A DNA stretch of 64,000 bases from Deltaproteobacteria bacterium HGW-Deltaproteobacteria-4 (GTDB taxonomy: Bacteria; Desulfobacterota; Desulfuromonadia; Desulfuromonadales; UBA2197): positions 1,446 to 65,445 of the forward strand of contig PHAV01000006.1 of NCBI GenBank assembly GCA_002841765.1. Reading direction: 5' to 3'. Each line of letters starts with the position of its first letter. Within the stretch, counting starts at the first letter, position 1. This document shows positions 27,934-36,550 of the stretch, piece after piece. Under the pieces are notes generated by a model. The model was given only the letters and a program-made list of their open reading frames with translations, was not told where the DNA came from and searched no databases. The position numbers were made by a program, and so were the translations under genes.

Positions 27934-29762
27934 GGCTGCAACTCAAAATTATTCTCGCCCTTGGCGTCCTCCTGACGCTCGCCGCTACGGCCAGCATTCT
28001 GTACATTAAGCTGCACTTTGCCGATCAGTTGCGCGGTGAACTGGAAAAGCGAGGAGTCTCCATCGCGCGCAATCTTGCGCAACATTCTACCGCCAATCTC
28101 CTGGCTCGCGATCGGCTCGCTCTGAAGATGATGGCCGTGGCCCAATCTAAGAGCGAAGCCGATATCGTCTACATTTTTTTTGTCGATTCACGCGGATCGA
28201 CGGTGCTTGCCCATACCTTCGGCGATAGTTTTCCTGATTCACTGCTGGCAGTTAACCCGATTCCCCTCGGGCAGGAATACAGCATCCGTTATCTGGAAGC
28301 GGAGGAGGGACCGCTTTACGATATCGCTATGCAGGTTGAAATGGGAGGTTTGGGACAAGTCCGGGTGGGCCTTTCAGTTGCACCGATCAGCGCTTCCGTG
28401 AATCAGCTCAGCGGTGGAATTCTCCTGGTGATCGTACTCTTTGGCATGGTCGCATTGCTGTTGAGTTTGCCAATGACGGCAGGGATTACGCGTCCGGTTA
28501 AAAGTTTGATGATTGCAGCCGAGGCGGTGGCAAGAGGAGACTTTGAGCGGCAGGTGCCGATAGCTTCCCGTGATGAAATCGGTCAATTGGGAGAATCCTT
28601 TAACCGCATGGTCGATCGTCTCAAGGCGTCACATCACGAATTGCGGGAGCGCAATAGCGAATTGGCCGGGGAGGTCTCGCGCCGCCGGGACGCCGAGTCG
28701 AAGCTTGCGGAGCAATTGAGTCTGCTCTCCATCCTGCTGGATGAAATTCCCCTTCCGGTCTTCTTCAAGGACGCTGGCGGTATCTACCGCGGATGTAATC
28801 GGGCCTTCGAAACATTTGTCGGTATCACCCGCAATGAACTATGTGGTCAGACCGCCGCGACCTTGTTTTCTCCCGAAGAGGCCGCCGTTCACAATAAAGC
28901 GGATCGGAATCTTTTTGATCACCCCGGCAGTTGCCGCTACGAATATACTTTCACCAACCGCCAGGGAGTGCGTCGCGAGGTCATCTTTCAGAAGGCCACT
29001 TACAATATGACTTCCGGGAAACTGTCAGGAATGGTCGGCATCCTGGTCGACGTGAGCAGTGAGAGGGAGGTCGACCGTCTGCGCAACGACTTTGTTTCGA
29101 CGATGGCGCACGAATTTCAGACCCCCTTGACCGCCATTCTCGGCTTTTGCGAATTGTTGCTAGGGAGCGAGGATCTTCCCATTGACGATCAGCAAAACTA
29201 TCTCAATATCATCAGCGAACGGGCCGAGTACCTCTCGCGTCTGGTTGACCGTTCTCTCGATGTCAACCGCATTGACAGAGGCAGCCCCATACCCCTCAAT
29301 CCCCAACTCTGCTATTCGGATCAATTGCTGCGCCAGATTTTGCAGAGCTATACGGGCAAAGGCAGCGACTATCGCTTTGAACTCCATCTGCCACCGCAGC
29401 CACCGCCAATACTGGCAGACGAGGTAAGATTGACCCAGGTTATAGAAAACTTGCTCAGTAATGCCCTCAAGTATTCACCCCGGGGGACACTGATTCGTAT
29501 GGCGGGGAGCGTTAAGGGCGGGTACTTCATTGTGACGGTCACAGACCAGGGACCGGGATTGACGGATCACCAACGTGCGCAAATCTTCGACAAATTCTAC
29601 CGGGTTGACAGTTCCAACCATGCGCCATCTGGCACCGGGCTAGGATTGTACATCTCGCGGGCGATTGTCGAAGCCCATGGTGGGAAGCTCGAAGTCGAAG
29701 CCGCCCCTGAAGGGGGGAGTTGTTTCATTGTGTCCCTCCCTCTTGCCCCTGCCCGGCATTGA
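27930..29762 (+). CDS. Sensor histidine kinase (HAMP-PAS-HisKA-HATPase)
   Basis: DEIGQLGESFNRM, AHEFQTPL, NLLSNALKYS, DQGPG, GTGLGL. Confidence 0.95.
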   Translation: MRLQLKIILALGVLLTLAATASILYIKLHFADQLRGELEKRGVSIARNLAQHSTANLLARDRLALKMMAVAQSKSEADIVYIFFVDSRGSTVLAHTFGDSFPDSLLAVNPIPLGQEYSIRYLEAEEGPLYDIAMQVEMGGLGQVRVGLSVAPISASVNQLSGGILLVIVLFGMVALLLSLPMTAGITRPVKSLMIAAEAVARGDFERQVPIASRDEIGQLGESFNRMVDRLKASHHELRERNSELAGEVSRRRDAESKLAEQLSLLSILLDEIPLPVFFKDAGGIYRGCNRAFETFVGITRNELCGQTAATLFSPEEAAVHNKADRNLFDHPGSCRYEYTFTNRQGVRREVIFQKATYNMTSGKLSGMVGILVDVSSEREVDRLRNDFVSTMAHEFQTPLTAILGFCELLLGSEDLPIDDQQNYLNIISERAEYLSRLVDRSLDVNRIDRGSPIPLNPQLCYSDQLLRQILQSYTGKGSDYRFELHLPPQPPPILADEVRLTQVIENLLSNALKYSPRGTLIRMAGSVKGGYFIVTVTDQGPGLTDHQRAQIFDKFYRVDSSNHAPSGTGLGLYISRAIVEAHGGKLEVEAAPEGGSCFIVSLPLAPARH

Positions 29763-29856
29763 AATTTGCCACATATCGACGTGGTGATCTGACAGATGAA
29801 AATATTACAGCAGGCGCGACCGCCAGCCGCCGTCACTTTTTAGTCACTTGAACAAA

Positions 29857-29886
29857 AATAGGTTAGCGAAAAATCGCTAACCTATT
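29857..29886. terminator. Hairpin downstream of the displaced tRNA 3' fragment
   Basis: AATAGGTTAGCGA-aaaa-TCGCTAACCTATT perfect inverted repeat. Confidence 0.75.
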
Positions 29887-29890
29887 GAAA

Positions 29891-29937
29891 TTTGGTGGAG
29901 CTGAGCGGGATCGAACCGCTGGCCTATGCATTGCGAA
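29891..29937 (-). repeat. att direct repeat (displaced 3' half of tRNA-Ala), copy 1
   Basis: 47 bp identical to 42020-42066, ending exactly at the anticodon loop. Confidence 0.95.
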
Positions 29938-30092
29938 TTCTTAAATCTGTCCATTTCATATCGTTTCATCTCGCACCAACCCCCCTGTAAGTTTTAAATA
30001 AAAATGGTTACATTTCAATGCTTTTGCCTTATTATGTGAGGAATAGAAGTTCATCTCTTTCCATCTGTTTTCATCTTAAACCGGCATAGCAG

Positions 30093-30116
30093 AGCATATA
30101 CTTCAGCATATACTTC
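30093..30116 (+). repeat. Tandem 12-bp arm-type repeats (AGCATATACTTC x2)
   Basis: Exact tandem duplication, with a matching pair at 41945-41968. Confidence 0.75.
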
Positions 30117-30138
30117 GGCAGAAAAAGGAGTTAGGTGT

Positions 30139-31401
30139 ATGGCCTTCACCGATCCATATGTAAGAACCCTCAAGACGACAAAGCGGATTGAAGACTTTCG
30201 AGAGAAAACGGGCGACGGTTTTGGAATCCGCTGCTATGCCACCGGCACAAAGGTCTTTTTCTTTGCCTATCACTTCGACAGCAAGCCACGATATTTGAAC
30301 TTAGGGAAATATCCCGCATGTTCGCTTGCCGATGCTCGAAAAAAGCATAGGGAGGCGCAGGGGAAACTGGATAAAGGGATTGATCCTCTGGCTGAAAAGG
30401 AACAGGCGGAAGCTGACCGTAAAAAGACCCCGACCGTTGCTGAGTTAATCGAAGAATACATGACCAAGCACGCTAAGCCCCATAAGAAGGACTGGAAAAA
30501 AGACGAATGCTGCCTCAAAAATGATGTCCTGCCCGCTTGGGGGAATCGTAAGGCTTCAGACATCAAGAAACGGGATGTCATCCTTCTTTTGGAAAGTATT
30601 TTAGAGCGGGGCGCGCCCATCCAGTCGAACAGCGTGCTGGCTGTCACTCGCAAGATGTTTAACTTTGCCATAGAAAGAGATATTTTGGAGTACAGCCCTT
30701 TTGTTGGGGTCAAACCTCTCGGCCCCAAGGTAGTTCGTAAGCGCTATCTTGCAGAAGACGAGATAAAAACATTATGGGGAAATCTTGCTGTAGCTGGTAT
30801 GACCGATGAGCTTAGGCGGGCATTGAAATTGATATTGGTAACGGCGCAGAGGCCGGGAGAAGTCATAGGGATGCATCGGCGTGAGGTTAACGGGCACTGG
30901 TGGTCGATCCCAGCGGAGCGCGCCAAGAATAATCGTGAGCATCTTGTTTACCTCACGGACAGGGCTATCGAATTAATTGGTGACAAAGACGGCTTTATTT
31001 TTGAGTCTCCTCGCGGGGGTAAGCCGATTGATGTTAATGCGCTTGCTAATGCGGTAAGACAGAACTGCCCGACAGATTGTTGCTTTGATCTCAGTTGTTG
31101 CCAGAATGAAGAGTGCAAGAAGGTCGGTCGCGAGTGTGCTGAGAAGAATAGGCTGGGAATTGTTTTCTTCCGACCGCATGATCTGCGGCGCACGGCGAAT
31201 ACCCACATGGCTCGGATGAAGGTTCCCCTGGAACACCGCGAGGCGATTTTGAATCATGCGATGGGGACGCTGGATGGGACCTACAATCTTCATGATTATC
31301 AGGATGAGAAGAGGCGAGGTCTTGAAAGATTAGGGCGGGAACTTGGAAAAATAATCAGCGGCAAGGAGTCGGGGGAAGTGTTTTCCACCGCGGCCAGTTA
31401 A
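30139..31401 (+). CDS. int: Tyrosine integrase with N-terminal arm-binding domain (P4-like)
   Basis: GFGIRC...KVFFFAY...YLNLGKYP..SLADAR, AQRPGEV, HDLRRT, ILNH, GTYN. Confidence 0.95.
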   Translation: MAFTDPYVRTLKTTKRIEDFREKTGDGFGIRCYATGTKVFFFAYHFDSKPRYLNLGKYPACSLADARKKHREAQGKLDKGIDPLAEKEQAEADRKKTPTVAELIEEYMTKHAKPHKKDWKKDECCLKNDVLPAWGNRKASDIKKRDVILLLESILERGAPIQSNSVLAVTRKMFNFAIERDILEYSPFVGVKPLGPKVVRKRYLAEDEIKTLWGNLAVAGMTDELRRALKLILVTAQRPGEVIGMHRREVNGHWWSIPAERAKNNREHLVYLTDRAIELIGDKDGFIFESPRGGKPIDVNALANAVRQNCPTDCCFDLSCCQNEECKKVGRECAEKNRLGIVFFRPHDLRRTANTHMARMKVPLEHREAILNHAMGTLDGTYNLHDYQDEKRRGLERLGRELGKIISGKESGEVFSTAAS

Positions 31402-31709
31402 ACCTCGCGACACATGTCGGTCAGTTTATAAATTATTTATTGTTTTGTCAAAAAATTCTTGATTTTTATTTTCCTATTAGTTATTGTTGCTCAACTTCGT
31501 TTCATAGTGCGCCAAGACTCGGCGGCGGACAGGACTTGAGCGGTTCAAGACCTCATCCAAAGAAGTAGCCGGTCATTCTCTCAAAAAACTGAATACCACG
31601 TGAAAGCGGTTCGTCCTTGGCAGGGCGATTTGGGATCATGCAAATAGAACTGGCTACCCTGAGAAATCGGGGTAGCCTTTTTGCGTTTCAGGCCGCAAAG
31701 GAGATTATG

Positions 31710-31943
31710 ATGAGTGAGAAAAAGAAAAAGGATGTGGAGATTGTATTGGTGAGTGGAGAGCAATTTTTCACAAAGCGTCAGGTAATTGCAATCACGTCAC
31801 GGAGTGCTACTAGCCTGCACAGAGACGTAAAAGCACAACGATTTCCTGCGCCTAAGAGCCTGGGCCCACTTCGTATTGGCTGGTTGAAAAGCGATATTAA
31901 CGAATGGTTAAACAGCCGTCCTTTGGTTTCAACTAAAAAATAA
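31710..31943 (+). CDS. alpA: AlpA-family regulator/excisionase
   Basis: QVIAITSRSATSLHRDVKAQRFPAPKSLGPLRIGWLKSDINEW. AAGGAG RBS, start 31707 or 31710. Confidence 0.85.
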   Translation: MSEKKKKDVEIVLVSGEQFFTKRQVIAITSRSATSLHRDVKAQRFPAPKSLGPLRIGWLKSDINEWLNSRPLVSTKK

Positions 31944-32121
31944 TTAAACGGCTATAGATGAGAGATTGCAGGGGGTGCCAGTGAAATGATTATTTGATAT
32001 AATCATTTCACAATCGATTAAAACATAGCCATATAACATGGCTCAGAACTTTAGGACTTGGTATTACGCGAACCATCGCGGCCAAGTCCTATTTTTTTTT
32101 GTCCAGAAAGAAAGGTGAGCA

Positions 32122-32538
32122 ATGAAGAAAATCCTTGAAGAGTGGGAAGAGATTAAAGCCGAGACGGTTGCTGACCTGACCACCAGACTCAAGCCGAACA
32201 TATCGGAACTCTGCCCGCCAGTGATCCTCGCCCTCGATACTCTCCGCCTCCCACAGGCAGGAATAGCTGCCGTCCTTAAAACGAAGCAGCCGAGGATTTC
32301 ATTGTTCAGGCAGGGAAAACGGCAAATGACAATAACCGAACAAGAGCGTCTTTGTGACCTTGTTGATGCAATGATTGAAAAAAACGAGCTGGATTTTTCT
32401 GCTGCGTTGAAAGCAATTGTGGAACCGGTCGAGTCGGGGGAGATCGCAGGTTGGAAAGAGTGTGTGCGGATCCAAATTGATTATGCCCGTGTTATGAACA
32501 CCATACAAAGAGCTATCATAAAAAAAAGGAAAGGGTGA
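32122..32538 (+). CDS. XRE-like HTH protein
   Basis: LRLPQAGIAAVLKTKQPRISLFRQGKR fits an HTH_3 pattern. Confidence 0.55.
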   Translation: MKKILEEWEEIKAETVADLTTRLKPNISELCPPVILALDTLRLPQAGIAAVLKTKQPRISLFRQGKRQMTITEQERLCDLVDAMIEKNELDFSAALKAIVEPVESGEIAGWKECVRIQIDYARVMNTIQRAIIKKRKG

Positions 32539-32542
32539 AATT

Positions 32543-34105
32543 ATGATGAACATGAATGAGGCTAGCGTGCAGGCTAGCCAGATTCAGGAAGATGAATTTT
32601 TCGACGAGACTGTTCCCCACGAGTTCCTAAACTATAAAAAATATATCACAAACCACCCTGAAACTCACGAGATATTGGCTTCTTTCCCTGATCGAAAAGA
32701 AGCAGAGAACGAAATTTATGGAAGAATTGAAGAAGAAACTTATAACCCACTTTTGGCGTGTAGCCTTACCACTCAGATTGGCAAGCGACACCCCAGCTGT
32801 AAGCCGGCCCGAGATAAATATGCTGTGATCAGGTGGGAAGAGCGGAGTCAAATCAAAGAACAGCGCAAGATTAACCGTGTGAGCGGGGGCAAGGTGGACA
32901 TACTTGATGACCGTTTGGAAGATGCATATGAAGATTGTCGTCAAGCATTAATATCAGGAAATCGCAACGCCCTTAACTCTTCATTGGTAAAGCTCCAAAG
33001 TTCGATTCGACAATACTGGAGCGATTACACCAAGCTTGCCAGAAAATATATTTCTGCTGACTGGAGTCCACCAGAAAATAAAATAACTTTAACCGATTTG
33101 CAGAATCGGCCTTTATTGGATTTCGTACTCTCGATTGATGAACTTGTAAATTTGGATTTGCCGGAGCGCGAAAGCATCATTGCCCCTTTTCTCCCAGCAC
33201 AGTCCTTATCAATGGTATTTGCGCCCCGTGGTCTTGGTAAAAGTTGGTTTTGTATGCAACTCGCTCTAGCCGTGGCTGATGGCCGTAAGTTCTTTGCGTG
33301 GGATGTCCCAGCGGCTCGTCGCGTCCTATACATTGACGGAGAGATGCCGCAAAAAACACTCGTGGATCGATTCAGGTCGTTGAGCCATGGCTTGCCAAGC
33401 ATCCTTGACGTCTTGTCTTCTGAACGTTTGTGGATAGATGATCGGGGACTGAATTTGAATCTGGTCGAAGATCAAGCCCGAGTAAGCGAGCTTTTGGAAC
33501 AGATGGACTCTGTAGGTCGCCAGCCTGAGTTGATAATTATTGATAACCTGTCCAGTATGACTTCGGGCGGCGATGAAAATAGTAATAGTGAACTAGACAA
33601 TCTTTTGCAGTTTTTGGTTCGTTTGCGCCATAAAGGATTTGCGATTTTACTTGTTCATCATTCAGGTAAAGGCGGAGATCAGCGCGGAGCATCACGGCGA
33701 GAGGATTTACTTGACACCTCGATCAAGTTGAATGCGGTTAAGAACGGAGAGGTATTGAAGGGGGCAAAATTTGAAGTCGAGTTCGTCAAGGTGCGGGGTG
33801 AGCGACCGAATCCCGATAAATTAGAGGCTGAGCTAATTACTGGTGAACATGGTTGTCTTGAATGGTCTATCGGCAAAAAAGTCACCCTGTCGCCGCAAGC
33901 AAATTTATTGATAGCAATTAGGGATATTTTACCAAAGAATCAAGGAGATCTGGCCATTCATCTTGCCGTTAGCCAAGCTGCCGTTAGCCAGCAAATTAAA
34001 AGGGGTCGTGAAAATGGACACATCACGTACGACAAAAAACCTACCTTGACGGATCAGGGTATGGCCTATTGTGAGAAGATTTCTCCGGCAGGGGATCAGT
34101 TTTAG
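32543..34105 (+). CDS. AAA_25/RepA-like SF4 helicase with C-terminal wHTH (replication protein)
   Basis: APRGLGKS, LYIDGEM, LIIIDNL, LVHHSGK, RGASRRED, HTH-like tail QGDLAIHLAVSQAAVSQ. Confidence 0.85.
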   Translation: MMNMNEASVQASQIQEDEFFDETVPHEFLNYKKYITNHPETHEILASFPDRKEAENEIYGRIEEETYNPLLACSLTTQIGKRHPSCKPARDKYAVIRWEERSQIKEQRKINRVSGGKVDILDDRLEDAYEDCRQALISGNRNALNSSLVKLQSSIRQYWSDYTKLARKYISADWSPPENKITLTDLQNRPLLDFVLSIDELVNLDLPERESIIAPFLPAQSLSMVFAPRGLGKSWFCMQLALAVADGRKFFAWDVPAARRVLYIDGEMPQKTLVDRFRSLSHGLPSILDVLSSERLWIDDRGLNLNLVEDQARVSELLEQMDSVGRQPELIIIDNLSSMTSGGDENSNSELDNLLQFLVRLRHKGFAILLVHHSGKGGDQRGASRREDLLDTSIKLNAVKNGEVLKGAKFEVEFVKVRGERPNPDKLEAELITGEHGCLEWSIGKKVTLSPQANLLIAIRDILPKNQGDLAIHLAVSQAAVSQQIKRGRENGHITYDKKPTLTDQGMAYCEKISPAGDQF

Positions 34106-34264
34106 CCTTATAATTTACTTTTTATAAGCCCTGATAGTCAGACTTATAAAATAACAAAAATATTATATAAATCGAATGGTTAAAACTATATAAGCCTTAT
34201 ATTTTACCTTGATAGAAAATATTATAAGGCTCGCAATCCTTAGGATTGCGATGCCTTATATTTG
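34105..34264. promoter_or_regulatory. Putative iteron-type replication origin
   Basis: AT-rich. GCCTTATA at 34105, 34194 and 34253, inverted at 34223. Palindrome CGCAATCC-tta-GGATTGCG 34232-34250. Confidence 0.55.
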
Positions 34265-34367
34265 AGAACAAAAACCGAATAGCATCACCCAGAACTTTAG
34301 AATAGCAGTGCCCGATATTTTTATCAGGTGCTGCTTTTCTATTGATTCAGCAAGGAGGAAACAACCC

Positions 34368-34775
34368 ATGGCGTTTGTGAAAGGAAAGTCAGGCAATCCC
34401 TCAGGAAGACCGGCCGGAGCCGGCAGAGTCGCCAAACTTCGAGCAATGCTCGAACCAGAAGCACCCGCGTTGATTCAGGCGGCGATCACGGCGGCCAAGG
34501 GTGGCGATATGATCGCGATGCGCCTATGTCTTGATCGCTGCGTACCGGTACTGAAGGCCGTCACTGAGGCTGCACCATTGTCGGTGGACTTAAGCGGAAC
34601 CGCCGTCCAACAAAGTCAGGCAATATTGACGGCTGTTTCTGATGGAGTGTTGTCCATAGAGGAGGCCACCCAACTTCTCGCGGGAATCGCTTCAAGCATG
34701 AAAATTCTCGAAATTTCGGAAATGGAAAAACGACTTGAGGCGCTGGAAGAGGCCGCCGGTCAAGGAGGCAGGTAA
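34368..34775 (+). CDS. DUF5681-type, terminase-small-subunit-like protein
   Basis: MAFVKGKSGNPSGRP N-terminal motif, AGGAGG RBS, coiled-coil tail. Confidence 0.7.
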   Translation: MAFVKGKSGNPSGRPAGAGRVAKLRAMLEPEAPALIQAAITAAKGGDMIAMRLCLDRCVPVLKAVTEAAPLSVDLSGTAVQQSQAILTAVSDGVLSIEEATQLLAGIASSMKILEISEMEKRLEALEEAAGQGGR

Positions 34776-34978
34776 TGAATCGCTCAAGGTTGACTCGTCT
34801 GGAAGAGAAGATGACGCCCATCCCGCCTCGTCACTATCTTGACCCTACCACCGGCTGGCACGTCATCGGCGGAGGAAAAGGATCGGTCGGAGTGCTTTAT
34901 GCGCCGCCGATTCTCAGTAAAGAGGAGTGGCTGGCCGCAGGAAATAAGATCGCGGAGGCTTCGGAGGATCAATTCTGA
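34775..34978 (+). CDS. Hypothetical protein (67 aa)
   Basis: Coupled TAATG overlap with the upstream gene. Confidence 0.6.
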   Translation: MNRSRLTRLEEKMTPIPPRHYLDPTTGWHVIGGGKGSVGVLYAPPILSKEEWLAAGNKIAEASEDQF

Positions 34979-35031
34979 CGCCTTTAATCACTCGCGGAGA
35001 TAGAAACCCTAACCCCCAAAGGAGCTTGATC

Positions 35032-35214
35032 ATGAAAAAGAATGTTTTATCAACAAACGGAGCGCAAAGCATGACGCCGAGTAACCAGCCCGACAAGGCC
35101 AACGATCTGACCGGAGCGCGGAAGGAGATCGAGAAGCGCAAGAAGGACAACGTCGCCAGCCTTGGAAATTCCAACGGCTCAACCGGTGGCAACATCACGA
35201 AAGGAGGAAACTGA
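35032..35214 (+). CDS. Hypothetical low-complexity protein (60 aa)
   Basis: AAGGAG RBS. Stop overlaps the next start (TGATG). Confidence 0.55.
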   Translation: MKKNVLSTNGAQSMTPSNQPDKANDLTGARKEIEKRKKDNVASLGNSNGSTGGNITKGGN

Positions 35215-35972
35215 TGATTACCGCCGCCCTCAAAAAATATCATCCGTCTCTTGTATCAATGAATCATGACATTAATGCAGATCTTGCCGACTTTCATTCT
35301 GCCGTCCTCCTCGCCGTAAAGCAGTACGAGAAAGTCATCGAGGAAGCCGGAAAAGTATCTGACGACCTAAAGCCAGAGGTGAGAAGGAAGCGTCAACAAG
35401 AGATCGTCGCCAAAGCCTCTGATCAACTCCAATCAGAAGTTGATAAGGCTGCACAGCCGTACAAGGTTGCAACCGGCGAAATCCGGCAAGAGATCGAAAA
35501 CGCTAGTCGCCCAGGTATTCATAAAACCGAGACAAGCGAACTGATCGCCCTTATGAAGGCACAAGAGATCCGGCGCGTGATGTCCAGCATGAGCACCGCT
35601 GAAGCGGGGCAGCTCTTACGAGCTTCCGTGGCTGTAGGTGATCCGACCATACTTCACGCTCTGGAAGGTTTCATTGTACCGCTCGTATCGGCTCCGGTTA
35701 TGGAATTGGCGCAACAGACTTATAAGGAAACGGCCATGCCGGATCGGCTTCAAGCTCTGGCGTTGTCCGAGGAGTACGCCGGAAGCGTTGGCACAACGCA
35801 ACGATTCGTTGAATCAGCTGCGCGGGCGATTGCTGAAAAAGCTGGTCTTGGTGAGGTCTACGCTGGGCGAGGAGAAGGGAAGAGAAGCGAAGTGTTAAAT
35901 CTGAGTGATGCCGAAAAGGCCGAGTTTATTGGAGAGAACGGCCTTTCTCTCTTTAAAGAATTGATCAAATAG
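35214..35972 (+). CDS. Helical hypothetical protein with a scaffold-like C-terminal motif
   Basis: AGGAGG RBS. C-terminus KRSEVLNLSDAEKAEFIGENGLSLFKELIK. Confidence 0.7.
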   Translation: MITAALKKYHPSLVSMNHDINADLADFHSAVLLAVKQYEKVIEEAGKVSDDLKPEVRRKRQQEIVAKASDQLQSEVDKAAQPYKVATGEIRQEIENASRPGIHKTETSELIALMKAQEIRRVMSSMSTAEAGQLLRASVAVGDPTILHALEGFIVPLVSAPVMELAQQTYKETAMPDRLQALALSEEYAGSVGTTQRFVESAARAIAEKAGLGEVYAGRGEGKRSEVLNLSDAEKAEFIGENGLSLFKELIK

Positions 35973-36051
35973 CGATGCTCGCCAGTGTGGCGGCCCTCCG
36001 ATCACGGCGTTTATGAGTGAAGGACGTTCGTGATCGGAGTTTATTGTTTCA

Positions 36052-36453
36052 CTATTTAATCAATCGGGAAATCAAGGCTGCATGTCGAGAGGGTTGGCTA
36101 ACACCCTCTATCCAATCTACCAGAAATGCAGTGTCAGCACCCACCTTACGATAGGCTAACACCCCCCGCTCAATGGCCTCGTCACTGAGGTAAGTGGGGA
36201 GGAGCCCGTCATCCTCGATCATTTCGATATCTTTTCTAATGGCTCGATCTTCCAGTCCCATTTTATCAAAATCCGGCGAATCCCAAAATTTATTTGGCCC
36301 TTTCACTCCTATCATGGTGGCTTCACGCGTTTCATCATGGTGCCAAACACATAGACCATCATAAATTTCGTCACCAACTAAAACCACCACTTCGGTATCA
36401 CCCCACTGAGCCAGATGGTTTACTAGGTCTCTGATCAATTCAGAAGTATTCAT
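36052..36453 (-). CDS. Hypothetical acidic protein
   Basis: 133-aa ORF with AGGAG upstream. No family recognised. Confidence 0.6.
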   Translation of the reverse strand: MNTSELIRDLVNHLAQWGDTEVVVLVGDEIYDGLCVWHHDETREATMIGVKGPNKFWDSPDFDKMGLEDRAIRKDIEMIEDDGLLPTYLSDEAIERGVLAYRKVGADTAFLVDWIEGVSQPSRHAALISRLIK

Positions 36454-36550
36454 TTTCTTCCTCCTGTTCTATCTATCTTTTCAAATTATAAGGCATTTTA
36501 TCAAAACAGGAACGCAATAACTGGTATATCCCCCAGAAGAGAAAAGCATT

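Noticed and set aside
29891-29937. Second tRNA-Ala gene
   Set aside because: Only the 3' 47 bp is present, with no D-arm or 5' acceptor strand. It is an att repeat.
31617-31709. N-terminal extension of AlpA predicted by the ORF track
   Set aside because: It runs through a terminator hairpin, and the RBS supports a start at 31707 or 31710.
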